Part shown: positions 37,601-49,335 of the stretch, in pieces | Numbering within the stretch: the stretch's first letter is position 1 | Layout of the letters: every line of letters begins with the position of its first letter | DNA from: Camelus dromedarius | Taxonomy: Eukaryota | Direction: 5' to 3' | Length of the DNA: 64,000 nucleotides | NCBI RefSeq assembly: GCF_036321535.1 | Contig: NC_087436.1 | Location: forward strand, 112,098,001-112,162,000 | Made by a program: the position numbers and the translations under genes | The notes under the pieces: generated by a model | What the model saw: only the letters and a program-made list of their open reading frames with translations | Told to the model about the DNA's origin: nothing | The model's database searches: none

Positions 37601-39664
37601 ATAAACACTCTTTGGAGAATATGGCTTATAGCCACAAGTAAATGGCTTTTCTGGTATTCAATCCAAGAACAAGTAGACTTAACCACCAGTCACCAGCACT
37701 GCATTGGTCTGCCCCTGGAGAAGCTGAGCAGAACACACACTCCCTGTAGAGCTTGTATCCAAGAAAAGGAAGAGGAAGGAACTGAGCTACACATGCTCAA
37801 TTTCTCTTTCTAAACTTTCAATTCTCATAAGTTTTCTCAACTGCCTGCTTCCCCCAGGTGGAGTGAACGAAGAGGCAGAGAGTGGTGAGGAGTATCACCG
37901 CAGTGGGGATTCCTCCACAGGAAGAACCCTCAGCAGTCTAGAACATTCCCTGGCAACACCAATTCTCCTTTGTTTTGGCACATGCGCCTTACCTATTCCC
38001 TGCCTGTGTTTTTTGTATTTGTCCTAGCCTGCCATTGGCTCCCCCTTGCAATTCACCTGAGTCTTTTGATTCCAACTCAGAACTTAGTTCCTTCTTGCTT
38101 GATTTCTCTCACCTGCACCTTCAACATAGGCTTATCCTTTTTCCTGGGTCATACCTGCCTGGTTTGGCTCCTAATCCCAGTCTTGATCCACTCCTATCTT
38201 CCATCTATTAGATATCCAATGTGATGAATAAATTTATCAATTATTTAGCAACTGTGCCAGGCACTGTTTTAGACATTCAAGAGGTAAAGGTGATTGAGAT
38301 AGATACGGTCCTTTCCCTTATAGAACTTTGAGAAACTCAGGGGCTAGAGAGATGTAGCAGACAATTACATCCCAACTCTGATAAATCTTTAGGCAGAGGA
38401 AGCAGTGCACTTGATGTATGCAAGATCCTCCTCACATTGGCTAAAGATCTTAAAATATGCATTTAAAATGTTTTTAATGGTGTTTAAAGGGCTGATGAAA
38501 TGGTTGTTCATAATGTTTTATCTGCTAGCTTCACCATTTTTTTTTCTTTTTAAAATTTCTCTATTATTAACTTCTCTGGTAAAAGAAGGGGAAAAAAAGA
38601 ATAAAACGTTTCCAAAGTCTTATGCAACCAGGAAAAAAAAATCGAAGATATTCACCAGCAGCTTGCAAAAACAAGAGGGAGTTCTGGGGGTTATAAAACA
38701 TATGCTTGACAACTGATATTACCCACCAGCGAGATATTGTTTGTATCTCCACAGCCTGAAATTGCACGAATGATCACTCTGGTTATCAATTCATACATGC
38801 TCACAATGGCCTGTTGGCTCTGGGAGTTATCTTCTTGGATTACTGCAAATCCCTCATCTCCAACAAATTCATCATGCAAAGTCCCCACTATAATGAACGT
38901 TGGGCAAAGCTCAGCACTCAATTGTACTTTAACATGTTAAGTAGAATGTGGGTAATCTCAGAAATATAACAATGTGGGAATGTTCAAAAAGAGAGTTCAC
39001 CTTTCAAACCTGTTTCCCAGAATTATCTAGACACGTGGCCCCACCACAGTCTCAGTTGTTTGACATTGAAGTATTTATCCTCTCAGCAGAAGTGTCACAA
39101 GGGGGGCTCCTGCTTGGTGGTCCCGAGTTCCCTTGATCAGGGTCTGCACCCTGGAGTCATCAGCTGGGTAAGCCCAGTGGAGATTCTGGCAGGATAGAGG
39201 TGGCGGGCATGTTACCTAGGTGTCAGTAAGTGGAAGTTTTTGCTTTTGTTTTTGTTTTCTGGGAACCCCGTCCATTCACAGAAGAAATCACTGATGAGAA
39301 CCAGGGGTGATGAGATACGGCACCCCAGTACTCCATGCCATGGTTCTCATTTCTGTTGAGCAGGGCAGACTCTAACCTACCAAACACACCTCCATGTCAC
39401 TTCCACTCAATGACTACATGTGTGTGTACATGTGCACATATACATGTATAATATACACACATATATTCACAGCCATCCACATGCCTACATACATACATAT
39501 ATATAGACAGTGACTGTTACTGGGTGTTGAGTGCTTGGCTCAGTCCTATGAATACAACTGTGGAAGTAGGCAGATATGGTTTCTGTGCTCATGACACCTA
39601 CATACTAAGAAAACACAGAGACAATCGAAATAAAGCAAAGAGTCTCTGAATATGATCTAGGGAT

Positions 39665-39813
39665 TATCTGTACCCAAAGCACCTGGGAGACTTGTTAAAA
39701 ATGCCAGACCCTGGCTTCATCTCTGTCCCACAGGAAGAGATGCTTTTGGGGGTGAGGTTGAAACTCGTTATCTCAGCATGCTTCCCAAGTTGTAGTTCTG
39801 TTTGAGAACCACT
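39665..39813. mobile_element. MER5A-like hAT element inside an L2 remnant
   Basis: cacctgggagacttgttaaaaatgccaga...gtttgagaaccactg. Confidence 0.7.
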
Positions 39814-40224
39814 GTGATGTGATCAACCCTATGACAGAGAAGTGTTGGTTGTCAAAGGAATCTGCAGGAGATATACCTAACCAGCCTGCCTGTGGAAATC
39901 AGAGAAGACACCCCAGAGAAAGTCGTTCCCATGTTGGGAGCTAAAGAAGAAGAGTTATCCAGAAAAAAAATGAAGGAAAGAGGAAGGGTCAGCAAGAGGA
40001 AAGCCAGAGACTATGAAGAGATGTTCTGAAACATAGCACCCTTAGTGTCTGAGGGACTCCCATGAGTAGAGATCAGTGTGGTGCTTCCTCCATTTGTAAT
40101 GGTTCCAGTGTGATGGAACATAGGCTTTGCTTGGCATCCTGATAAGCTGCATTCGTTAGCTTCATATTCTCTTCCTGTGATTTCTTCTTTCCAACAGTGA
40201 CAGCACCATAGAAACCTGACTTGG

Positions 40225-40335
40225 TCACACCAGAAATTAATACAACATTATAAATTGACTATACTTCAATAAAAAAAATTAAATAAAAGATATTAAATGC
40301 AAAAAAAAAAAAAAGAAAGAAAAAGAAAGAGAGAA
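40225..40335 (+). mobile_element. Extremely 5'-truncated L1 insertion with two A-rich tails
   Basis: acaccagaaattaatacaacattataaattgactatacttcaat is the same L1 terminus as at 18375-18420. TSD agaaacctgacttgg (40210-40224) / agaaatctgacttgg (40336-40350). Confidence 0.9.
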
Positions 40336-42689
40336 AGAAATCTGACTTGGGGTTTGGACATATTGCAGGAGCCAGACCTGAGATCTAGAACTTTCCACGT
40401 GGTACTCTCAGAAACACTGAATCCCTGACCTCTGCCGGGTTCTGTGGCCACCACCAGTGAACTGAATGATTTCATGTTTCCTACACAGAATCAAGAAAGT
40501 CCTGTGAAAGTGAAACTTCAAACACCTACGCTTATGGATGTTCCATTTCTACCCACTTCTTAATGTTATGTTTGTTCAGGATCCAGCTTACTGAGGTCAA
40601 TTAAAGTCAGGAAGAGATGTCAGTTTGATTTAGTAAAATTGGATTCTTTGACTGCCCTGGGTTTATCTTCTTGGGCTGGGCTGTCATTTGAATTTTATGT
40701 TTTTGTCCTTATTTCTTTGGACCATTTTTTTTCCCCAAGAAGGATTTTTCAGTGTTGGGCTCACTCTATCTGTTTGCAAGGAAGGTGTTTGTTTCTATAA
40801 AGTGCCTGTCCTGTCTGATCTCCATCATCTTTATGGTCCTGCATTCTGTCACTGTGGCTCATGTCTGGCTGTGGTTTGTTATGTTTTGACAGGAGTTTGT
40901 TATAAAACTGGGGATCACGTCTCTGGCTTTGCCTTTCAAACTTTCTGCTTTACGGTAGCCATAAACCCATGCTGCTAAAATGTTCCCTCTGTGGGGGTGG
41001 GGAATTCTGATAACAAAAGCTTTGGGAGAAAAGAAAAAATAGAGAGGGAGGAAGGGAGGGAGGGAAAGAGAGATGGAGGAAGGACCAGTTTTGTAGAGAT
41101 GTTATTAAAGTAGCCATTTACATATTAGCCATCATTCAAATGTAAACTACAAAAAGAATTAAAAAAAAAAAAAAAAGAATACCCAGAGTTTCCAAAGATT
41201 TGAGAAAATAATGACAGACAGGCAAGAGAAATGTACCCAGATTACCATGCCCTGCTCTTTTTAATCTGGAATCTTGGACAACTTGGGAAGCAGACCAGTG
41301 GAGGAAATTAACCCCACTTTTGCTGGAAAGAGAGAAAGCAGAGCATGGGGAGAGCCACTGAGCCCTCTCTTCCTCGAAAGCTGTCATCTTGCAAGTTCCT
41401 TTGGGAAAACTCTTAGAATCATTTTGTTTTTCATGCAAATGGTGGAAGATCTGTATGATCCTTGATGTGGTGTCTGTAACTCAGCCTTTGTTCTCACCTT
41501 TGGGAAGCAGGTATTGAGGACTTGCTGTAGGTGGTGGGGTCTCTTGAGCCCTGTTGCATCCTGGGAGCTTGGCTAGACACAGTGTCCTTGTTCTATTTCA
41601 GTTCATCGTCAAGGTCATCTGGGAAGAAAGTAGCATTTTTCCCCGTGTAACTGGCTTATGACCAGCCACCTAGGTACATGACAACTGTGCATTGGCATGG
41701 GGAGGACGGGGGACATCTACAGAGAAAAAGCACAAGTAGATTCATACCCGTTAACTGTCCTAAACCACGGCTCCTTGTAGGGGCAGATGTGGGTTTGGCC
41801 CTGTGCTGTCTGAATTCACAGCCGCTGTCTCTTGGGTATTCCCAGGCTGATTCTTCTTTAAGCACCTAGTGAGTGAGAGAGGGGCCCAAGAGCAGCACCA
41901 GCTCACTTTACAGGAAGGGCCGGGAACTTTTTGCTGCATCCCTGATTCCCAGCCTGGGAAATAGCAGAAGATGCCAACCACCTCTGGCTCAGGAGATGCT
42001 TCCAGATCCCAGATGCAGCCGTCACGCAGCCCCAGTGCAGCCCTGAGTAACTCCCACCAAACGCGAACTCTCCTGGTGTCTTGTCTCCCTGACCCACAAG
42101 CTGCAGTCACAGGGGTGCTTGGCCAAGGATTTGGGTGGCGCCATCCCTTCTCCCCACACTCCTCACAGTGACGACGCTTCCCCTTCGCTGCCTCCCACAC
42201 AGAAGCTGATTCTCCTCCCGCGCCTCTGTCTGGGAGCATGTCTGTTCTTCTCTCCTTCTTTCCATTCGTCTTCCATCCTCCTTCCTTCTTTTTCTCCCTT
42301 TCTAGCTTTTATTCACTGTATTGAGCACATAGCCAATACTCAAGTATGTTCCATGTTATTTGATCCATGTGGCAAGCTACCACTGATAATAATGATTAAT
42401 AAAATAACTGCTATTGAGGTCTAATGTGCACAAAGTGCAGCCATTCAATACATAGTCTTTAAGTGCCTACCCTACGTTCCACATTGCTCTCAGTGCTGAC
42501 AGTACAGCCAGGAGCAGACAGACACAGATCCTCCCGTCTTAGAGCTTGTATTCTAGTGAAGAAGTCGCTAATATACAAATATAGTGATCGACGTTATGAA
42601 GAACAATTAATTAGGGTCTGATTAATAATTAATAGCCTAATTACTAGCCAGAGGGGAGAGCATTCCGTGGTTGATTTTATGTGCTCAGG

Positions 42690-42830
42690 ACAACGCCCAC
42701 ATGAGACCGGCCTTGTTCTCACCCTCATTTGACAGATGAGACACCTGAAGTCAGAGTGATTAAGTAACTTGCCCAGAGTCACACAGCGGCAGAGCTGGGA
42801 TTCAAGTCCAGGCCGGGTGGCCCCAGGTCC
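42690..42830 (-). mobile_element. MIR SINE
   Basis: ctcatttgacagatgagacacctgaagtcagagtgattaagtaacttgcccagagtcacacag. Confidence 0.8.
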
Positions 42831-43607
42831 ACTCCTGGGATGAAGTCAGGGCTCTTGGGGCCTGGGAGGGTCCGTGGGCCTTTTTGTCAGTTTTTAATAG
42901 GGGCAGAGGAGAAGGAGGGCAGTTGGAGAGAGAGTCCAGAGCCGTGCCGGTCAGGATGCAGTGGCCCTGCTCCAGTTCCTGGGGTCCAGGGGACGTCTGG
43001 CACCCTCATCTCCCAACAAGGTGGCCCCTCTCTCCCTGGAGGCAATGGAGAGCAGCAGACAGAGGCCAGAAGTGTAATTTCATTGTGAGGGATGGAGCCA
43101 CAGTCCCCTCACTGAAAGGAGACAGGCAGCTTCAAGGAAGAGGCTGTTGGATACTGGTGGAGAGTGATGGGGGTTCTTGAACTGATGAGGGATGTTAGCT
43201 GGGGTCCTAGCAAATTCTGGGAACCAGGTAAAGCTCAGGCAAACCAGACCCCTTACAGAACCCACAGAATGCCCAGAAGCTGCCTTCTTTTGCTAAAGTC
43301 CTCAAGTTTTCCTGAAAATCCTCACACAGCATGTCAGACTCCAACAGCTGGTGCCCACGTGGTTTTACCAGACTTGGGTGGGTGCAGCTGGCTGTTAAGT
43401 CCTGCTTCCAGAAAGCCTATGCAACATTTAATTCACTGTCAGAACTGCTGCTCCTTTCCTGGTAGACGCAATCTAAGGGTCAGAAGCATAGCCCCCAGTG
43501 GGCTTCTGTGGAATGTGAGGCTGACCCTCCTTTATTGCTTCTCATTTCCCAGCATTTTTACTTCCCTGTAAAATGCCCTGGAATGCTGACTTGGCTTGCA
43601 AATGGCG

Positions 43608-43692
43608 TCTTTCTTTCCTTCTCAGTTTCTTTTTTTCTCTCTTTCTCTTTCTTCCTTCCTTCCTTTCCTTTCCTTTCCTTTTTCTTTTTTTC
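43608..43692. repeat. CT-rich polypyrimidine low-complexity tract
   Basis: Nearly pure C/T with (CCTT)/(CCTTT) units. Confidence 0.9.
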
Positions 43693-45449
43693 AAAGAAGT
43701 TTGCCTTTGTTTGTGGAGTTTGGACATTTAAGAACCATGCACACAGATACAGTATGGGACAAGCCCCTTCAGACTAAGTAGTCTCACATGGGATACTTTT
43801 TCACTTGTAAAACTCAAAATTAACTTTCATCCCGAGATGAATCTTTCAAAATGATTTGTCTCCAATCCTTAATTATCTGGACTAGACTATTCAGATATGA
43901 AAATTCCAGATATGGGACCCTAAAGCCTTATTTTCTTCTTCTTCTTATGGTTTTGGTTTTCCAGCCCTGAGCTCTGAAAGTGGCTTTACCTCTGCGTTAT
44001 AAACCTGCATGTATGCATAACCAGTCTGGGTTTGGCAGCCTGTCTAAACAGACATGCCAAGTCCACCCTCATCCACTTGCCAAACGTCTCTTAAGTAGTC
44101 ATTTCCATCATGAATGTACTATGATACTGAGATGATGGAGAAATGTTTCCTGCCTTCAGGGATCCACAATCACTGAAGGAAAGACAATAAAATGGACAAT
44201 TCCAGTCCTGCAGGGTCAGGCACACAGTCTGTGCATACAGTGTTATGGGAGTAATGACATGCATTAAATGCTTAGCAGAGTCAGGCTCTGTGCTAAGCTC
44301 TTTCCATGCAAGATCTCAGTGATATTTGTAACTGCTCCCTGAATGAATGCTTATTCTATTCCCATTTGACAGATGAAGAAGCTGGGGCGTAAAGGGCAAA
44401 ACCATTTGTTCAAAGGCACAAAATGAGTTAGTGAATCCAGAACTTTCACTGCAGCAGCCAAGTTTAAAATTGCTTTCAGGGTACAGAGGAGCAAAGTGGA
44501 AAACTCGAAGGAAAGGAGGGACGTTTACTACAGAGGACATGGTGCTGTAGTTTGGACGTGGTGCTAGGATTTGAGGCTGCCTAAGACTTGGGATGGAACA
44601 GAAGAGGGGCAACTGGACCACCCCAGGCAGAGGATGTGGCATTAGCAAGAGTTTTGAGGTGCGCTGTGCATGGAAGCACTAAGAGAGAGGGTGAGGTCAA
44701 AATGGAGTTGGGAGAAGGATGGGGAGTGGACAGCCAGTTTATTATTTTAATTCTACAAACCTTTCCTGTGACTTCAAAACCCACTTTAAAGGGTCATGTT
44801 TTATTAGCTTCTATTTCAGTGACCACTAAACACCTCAGAGGGGTCGTCTTGTATAATATCCAGCCTGGGGGGAGCCCAGTTTTACCCATGTCTGCCTCTC
44901 TCGACAGAGACAAATCATCTCTTTCGCCACCCTTGGCATTACTGAAGTTTGCTGAGTTCTGGTTTTGATTAAGTTTGAAATCACCCACATATGTCTGTTT
45001 CTTTGGCAACATTTCTCTAACCCAGCTGAACTGTGCTGATATTAAAACACAAAGTTGAATGACTTGTAGTGTCCCCATGGGTTTGAGTTCAAGAAGACCT
45101 GGTAAATCATATTAAAATAATTTCATAAGAATTCTTGGTGTTTGGTACCTTTGAAAAATCAATCAATTTTTCATTTCTCTAGTCTGGAGTAGTTTTGGTT
45201 TTCCCCCCACTCCCTCTCTTTAGTCAAGTGAAGGGGTTTGGAGTAAAATAAAATTCCAAAAAATGGCAAACCATCTGAAAATGTCAGATGTGGGTGATTC
45301 ATTATAGAGCAATAACCCCATGAGCTGGAAGTCTGGAATAAATCATTTAATTTCATCATCTATGTGTAGGTAAAACTTTGAGTACTCCAGGGCTGCCACT
45401 TTGTAAGGGACATTTGTGAGCTAAATGGCAAAAAAAAAAAAAAAAAAAA

Positions 45450-45990
45450 GTAAAAAATAACAATATTCAGTGCTGGTGATGTTGTGGGTAAAACATGTAC
45501 TATCAGGGCTGGTGGGGGAGTAAATTGGTCACAACAATTAGAATGATTACTGGTACTTAGTTAAACAAAATATTTTTTTTCCCTTTTCAGTGATAATCCT
45601 TTTGGAAAAAGTTGAAAAACAATGTCTATGTCCCTCAACAAGGGAATGTCTAAATAATGTGTGAAACAGCTGGACTCTGGAATACAGTACAGTGATTAAA
45701 GTCAATGAATTAGCCTTAGAACTCAAAAATGTACTACAAGTGAAAAAAAAAAGTTCCCTATAGATACATTTATTGTAGTAAATTTTATGTAAAACAAACA
45801 GAACAAAACAAAAAGCACTCACACAAAATGATGTGTGTTTTCTCTGGGGACATATACATGAAGATAAATGTATAATTAAAAAAATTAGAAGGCCACATAG
45901 CATACTGATAACAAAGGTGACTTAAGGAGAGGTGAAGGCACTGACATTGGTGGGTACAGGATGGTCAAGGAAATTTAGACTTCTTAGGAA
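45450..45990 (+). mobile_element. Ancient L1 (L1ME/MC-like) 3' remnant
   Basis: agtgctggtgatgttgtggg...gctggtgggggagtaaattggtcacaac...aaacaatgtctatgtccctcaacaaggg. Confidence 0.65.
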
Positions 45991-45991
45991 T

Positions 45992-46453
45992 TGCATTATT
46001 CAACCCTAGCTACTTAAACAAATAAACCATGATATTTCAGTGGCTTGAACACAATAGAAAGATATTTTTTGTTCCAAGGTCCAAGTAGGTTTTCCGGATA
46101 TGTGACAGATCTCCTGGTGGTATCCAGGCTCCTCCCATGTCCTGGCTACTTCATCCACGGCGGGTGGGGGACCATGGAATCCCGTCTCAAGTCTTCAACA
46201 TCTGGCTCACCAAGGTGGGGAAGAGCTTGCCAGTTACACATTGAACGATTTTACTCATCATGTCTGAAAGCTGAATGTTCCTTCTTGATGTCTACTTGGT
46301 TGAAAACATGAGAACAATGGAAGCATCCCTTGGATGTTGGTTACAACTGGATCACAATGTGGCACCAAACCGAGAGGTAGTGTAGGAAGTGAGGACTACT
46401 CTGTGCCTAGAAAAAGAAATCAGATCTGGTGAACAGTTAGTTAGTCTCTGCAA
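45992..46453 (-). mobile_element. Old MaLR LTR (MLT1J/K-like)
   Basis: tttcagtggcttgaacacaatagaa...ggtgaacagttagttagtctctgc. Confidence 0.65.
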
Positions 46454-47029
46454 TGTACTTTATTAATTTTTCACATGTGTATGTCTTATATAGTTAAAAA
46501 ATTAACAACAATTCAGGCATAGAAATAAATGAAGGATGGTTGATTAAAACACATACATTTTTAATAAATTTTATTTATGAAAGAATTTATGAGAAAAATT
46601 TTATTTATTACTCATTCTACTCTATCTCAGCCTGGCTCAAAGTAGCAATGCAGTTTTCTTCTCTTGGTCATCAGATTCTTCTGCTGTAGAATTAGGTCGT
46701 GGAATATAATCATGGATAACCTCATTACATTTATTAAATAATTGTTAGTATTTTGTATTATATGTTTCCCACATATGTTAAGTGTTATTCATAATCACTA
46801 ATCAAGAGCTAATCAGTTTCACCATGAGTTGAGTTTATTCCTACTCGAATCAGAGAAACATGCTAAACATATTCTTTTTTAATGGCATTTTGAAATATGG
46901 AACTAGCCAGGGATATATTTTAAGATTTTCAGAACTCCATTGGGATTAGAAAATGCCACTGGGAATCACCAGACTAAACTTGAGGTCTTCTCTGCCTCTT
47001 TAATAAATAAAATTTATTAAAAATATATG

Positions 47030-47960
47030 TGCACGATAGAGTAAGGTTTATTCTGAGTACAAAAATAATTCAATAATTGAAAGTTCATTAATAGATAGCT
47101 TTCTAAAGGAAATTAGACAATCAATTCAATAGTAAATGAGAAGACATGATCAAATTAAACATCCATAATGATTAAAAAGGAAAAAAAATCATAAAACCAA
47201 GAATTAGAAGAATTTTTTTTCTTTCCATAATAGGTAACCTGATCTGATCTCAAACCAACATATAGTACTTCCCTTAATCCTTGAGGCAATTCCCCCAAAA
47301 AATTAGGGAGGAGGAAGAAAGCCTACTATTTCCCTCATGATTTAACACTTTGTTTTCTAGAAAAGCCATTCTAACTATTGTAATAAAATAGATATAAACA
47401 TATTGGAAAGAAGGAAGGGACTACATAGATTTCTTCACCTAGAGAACTCAAAACAACCTTTCAAAAAACTATTAAAACAGTGAGAGCATTCAAGTAAGTG
47501 TCTGTGTTCCAAATAGAACTATCATGAAAAAATTACATTAACTATTCAGCATAACTAAAATATTCGAGAATTATATTAATAAGAACTGTTAGCTATCTAC
47601 AGTTAGAAAACTACAGAATTACTTTGAGGTAGAAATAAAGATTTAAACAAATGGACAAAGATTTTACTGGTGCTTGTGCAGGAAGATTGGATATTTTAAA
47701 TATGCTGACTCTTTCTTAGCAAATTTAATTTAATTTTAAATCAAACTCTTTCCAATTTTTCTTTGGGTGTGATGGGACTTGACAGAATTATCTTAAGGTT
47801 CATCTTGAGGAATAAACAGAGTAATTATGAATATGTTGAAATAAAAATAATACAAAGGGCAGAAGTGAATCTACCTTACATTATAAAGTAAACTTTATAA
47901 AGTCTGGATAACTAAAAGAACATCATACTGTCACAAGGAAAGAGTGAGGGAACATTATAT
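47030..47960 (+). mobile_element. Ancient L1 ORF2 remnant (L1M)
   Basis: A-rich; atccataatgattaaaaa, aaacattggaaagaaggaag, aaaaactattaaaacagtgagagcattcaagtaagtg and aaagatttaaacaaatgga are degenerate ORF2 landmarks. Confidence 0.65.
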
Positions 47961-48879
47961 AAGAGTAGTTAGTTCATCCAGACAAGGTACAAATAGCTAA
48001 GGTTTGGTGATGGCAGCAGCACAAATCATGGGTAGTGCACGTGCTCCTCAACACATGCTGTTTCCTTAGCCAGGACTACTCCCCCTGGTCCCCTGTGCCT
48101 GACTCATGTCTATTCGTCCTTCAACTTAGGTCTTCCCTACATCTCACTCTCTCCCCACTGACCCTGCATTGTGACCACAAGATATCAGTAACTAGACCAT
48201 GGACTTATTCTGGAGTCAAGGATTCAAGGATTTCAATTTCCCACTCTAAAGGGCATTCAGTTACGGTAAGAGGTCCAGCCATGGCTGTGGACCTCACCCG
48301 TACCATATTATCAATACTTTGGACAAAGGGATAAAGAAATTTTACCCATCATGAAAGGCACACAAGTGAGAGAAACACCCTGTGGTATAACTGGAAAATT
48401 CAGGATCCAAAATTATCCGATTACACCAAAGCACTGGTTGAATTAAATGAGAAATGAGGCAAGGCTTCCATGAAAGTTCTTACAACTTGGAACCTGTAAA
48501 GCCATTCATTGACTGCATCGACTCATTCAGCAAGTACATATTGGGACCCAATTGAGTGCCAGGCAATGGATAAACAGTGGAGAACAAGAGAGACCCATGA
48601 CAAGCACCCTGTTTGTCCTTAATTAAATAATTAATAGCTCTAAGAATTGGTTGATTGGAAGCTCCCTAAGAGCAGGAAGGGGTTGATCATATTCACCATT
48701 GTTTCTCCAGCACCTATGCAAGGTGGTGTGGCTGAAGTCTTAGTTAAGACATTTTTTTTTTTTAATGGAAGAAAAATGCCTATTAGGTTTCTGGGAGGAT
48801 CCAAAATTTGGGGACCATGTTGACAGATGGATATATTTAAAAACAGGACTTTTCATCAGATCATAATACATTTAAAAAC

Positions 48880-49335
48880 AGAGTAGATCCATCTGATCAC
48901 ATCATTGGCTAACGCCTTCCAGTGCTATTTCATTGCCCTAAAGATGACGTGCAAGTCCTTGGCCATGGCCTAGAAGGTTCACATAATCTGGCCCTGACTC
49001 TTTCTCTGAGCTCATCTCACTCCCCTCTCTGGGGCTCCTGCCTTCTTTCTGATACTGAGACACACGAAGCTCATTCAGTTCCAACTCATTCCTGTCTTAG
49101 GGCCTTTGCGCTCGCTGGTCCCTGGGCTTGGACCTCTCCACTTCCAGTTCCTCCTGTTCAGTCAGGACTCAGCTCCATCAACACCTCTGCACCACAGCCT
49201 TCCAGACCCACCCGTCTAAACTAGCTGCCTTCTTCCACCATCAGCTGTATTCTCTGTCTTCCCACGTGTCTGCTATTTATCCCCAGGACCTAGAACAATG
49301 TCAGGCCCAGAGCAAGTATTTAATAAACAGATTAA
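48880..49335 (+). mobile_element. L2 LINE 3' fragment
   Basis: ctgatcacatcatt...cagggcctttgc-type motif...ccccaggacctagaacaatgtcaggcccagagcaag. Confidence 0.7.

Noticed and set aside
43608..43700. Long sense polypyrimidine tract ending in CAAAG as a possible acceptor
   Set aside because: It looks like simple-repeat expansion, the AAG acceptor is weak, and no convincing donor lies nearby.
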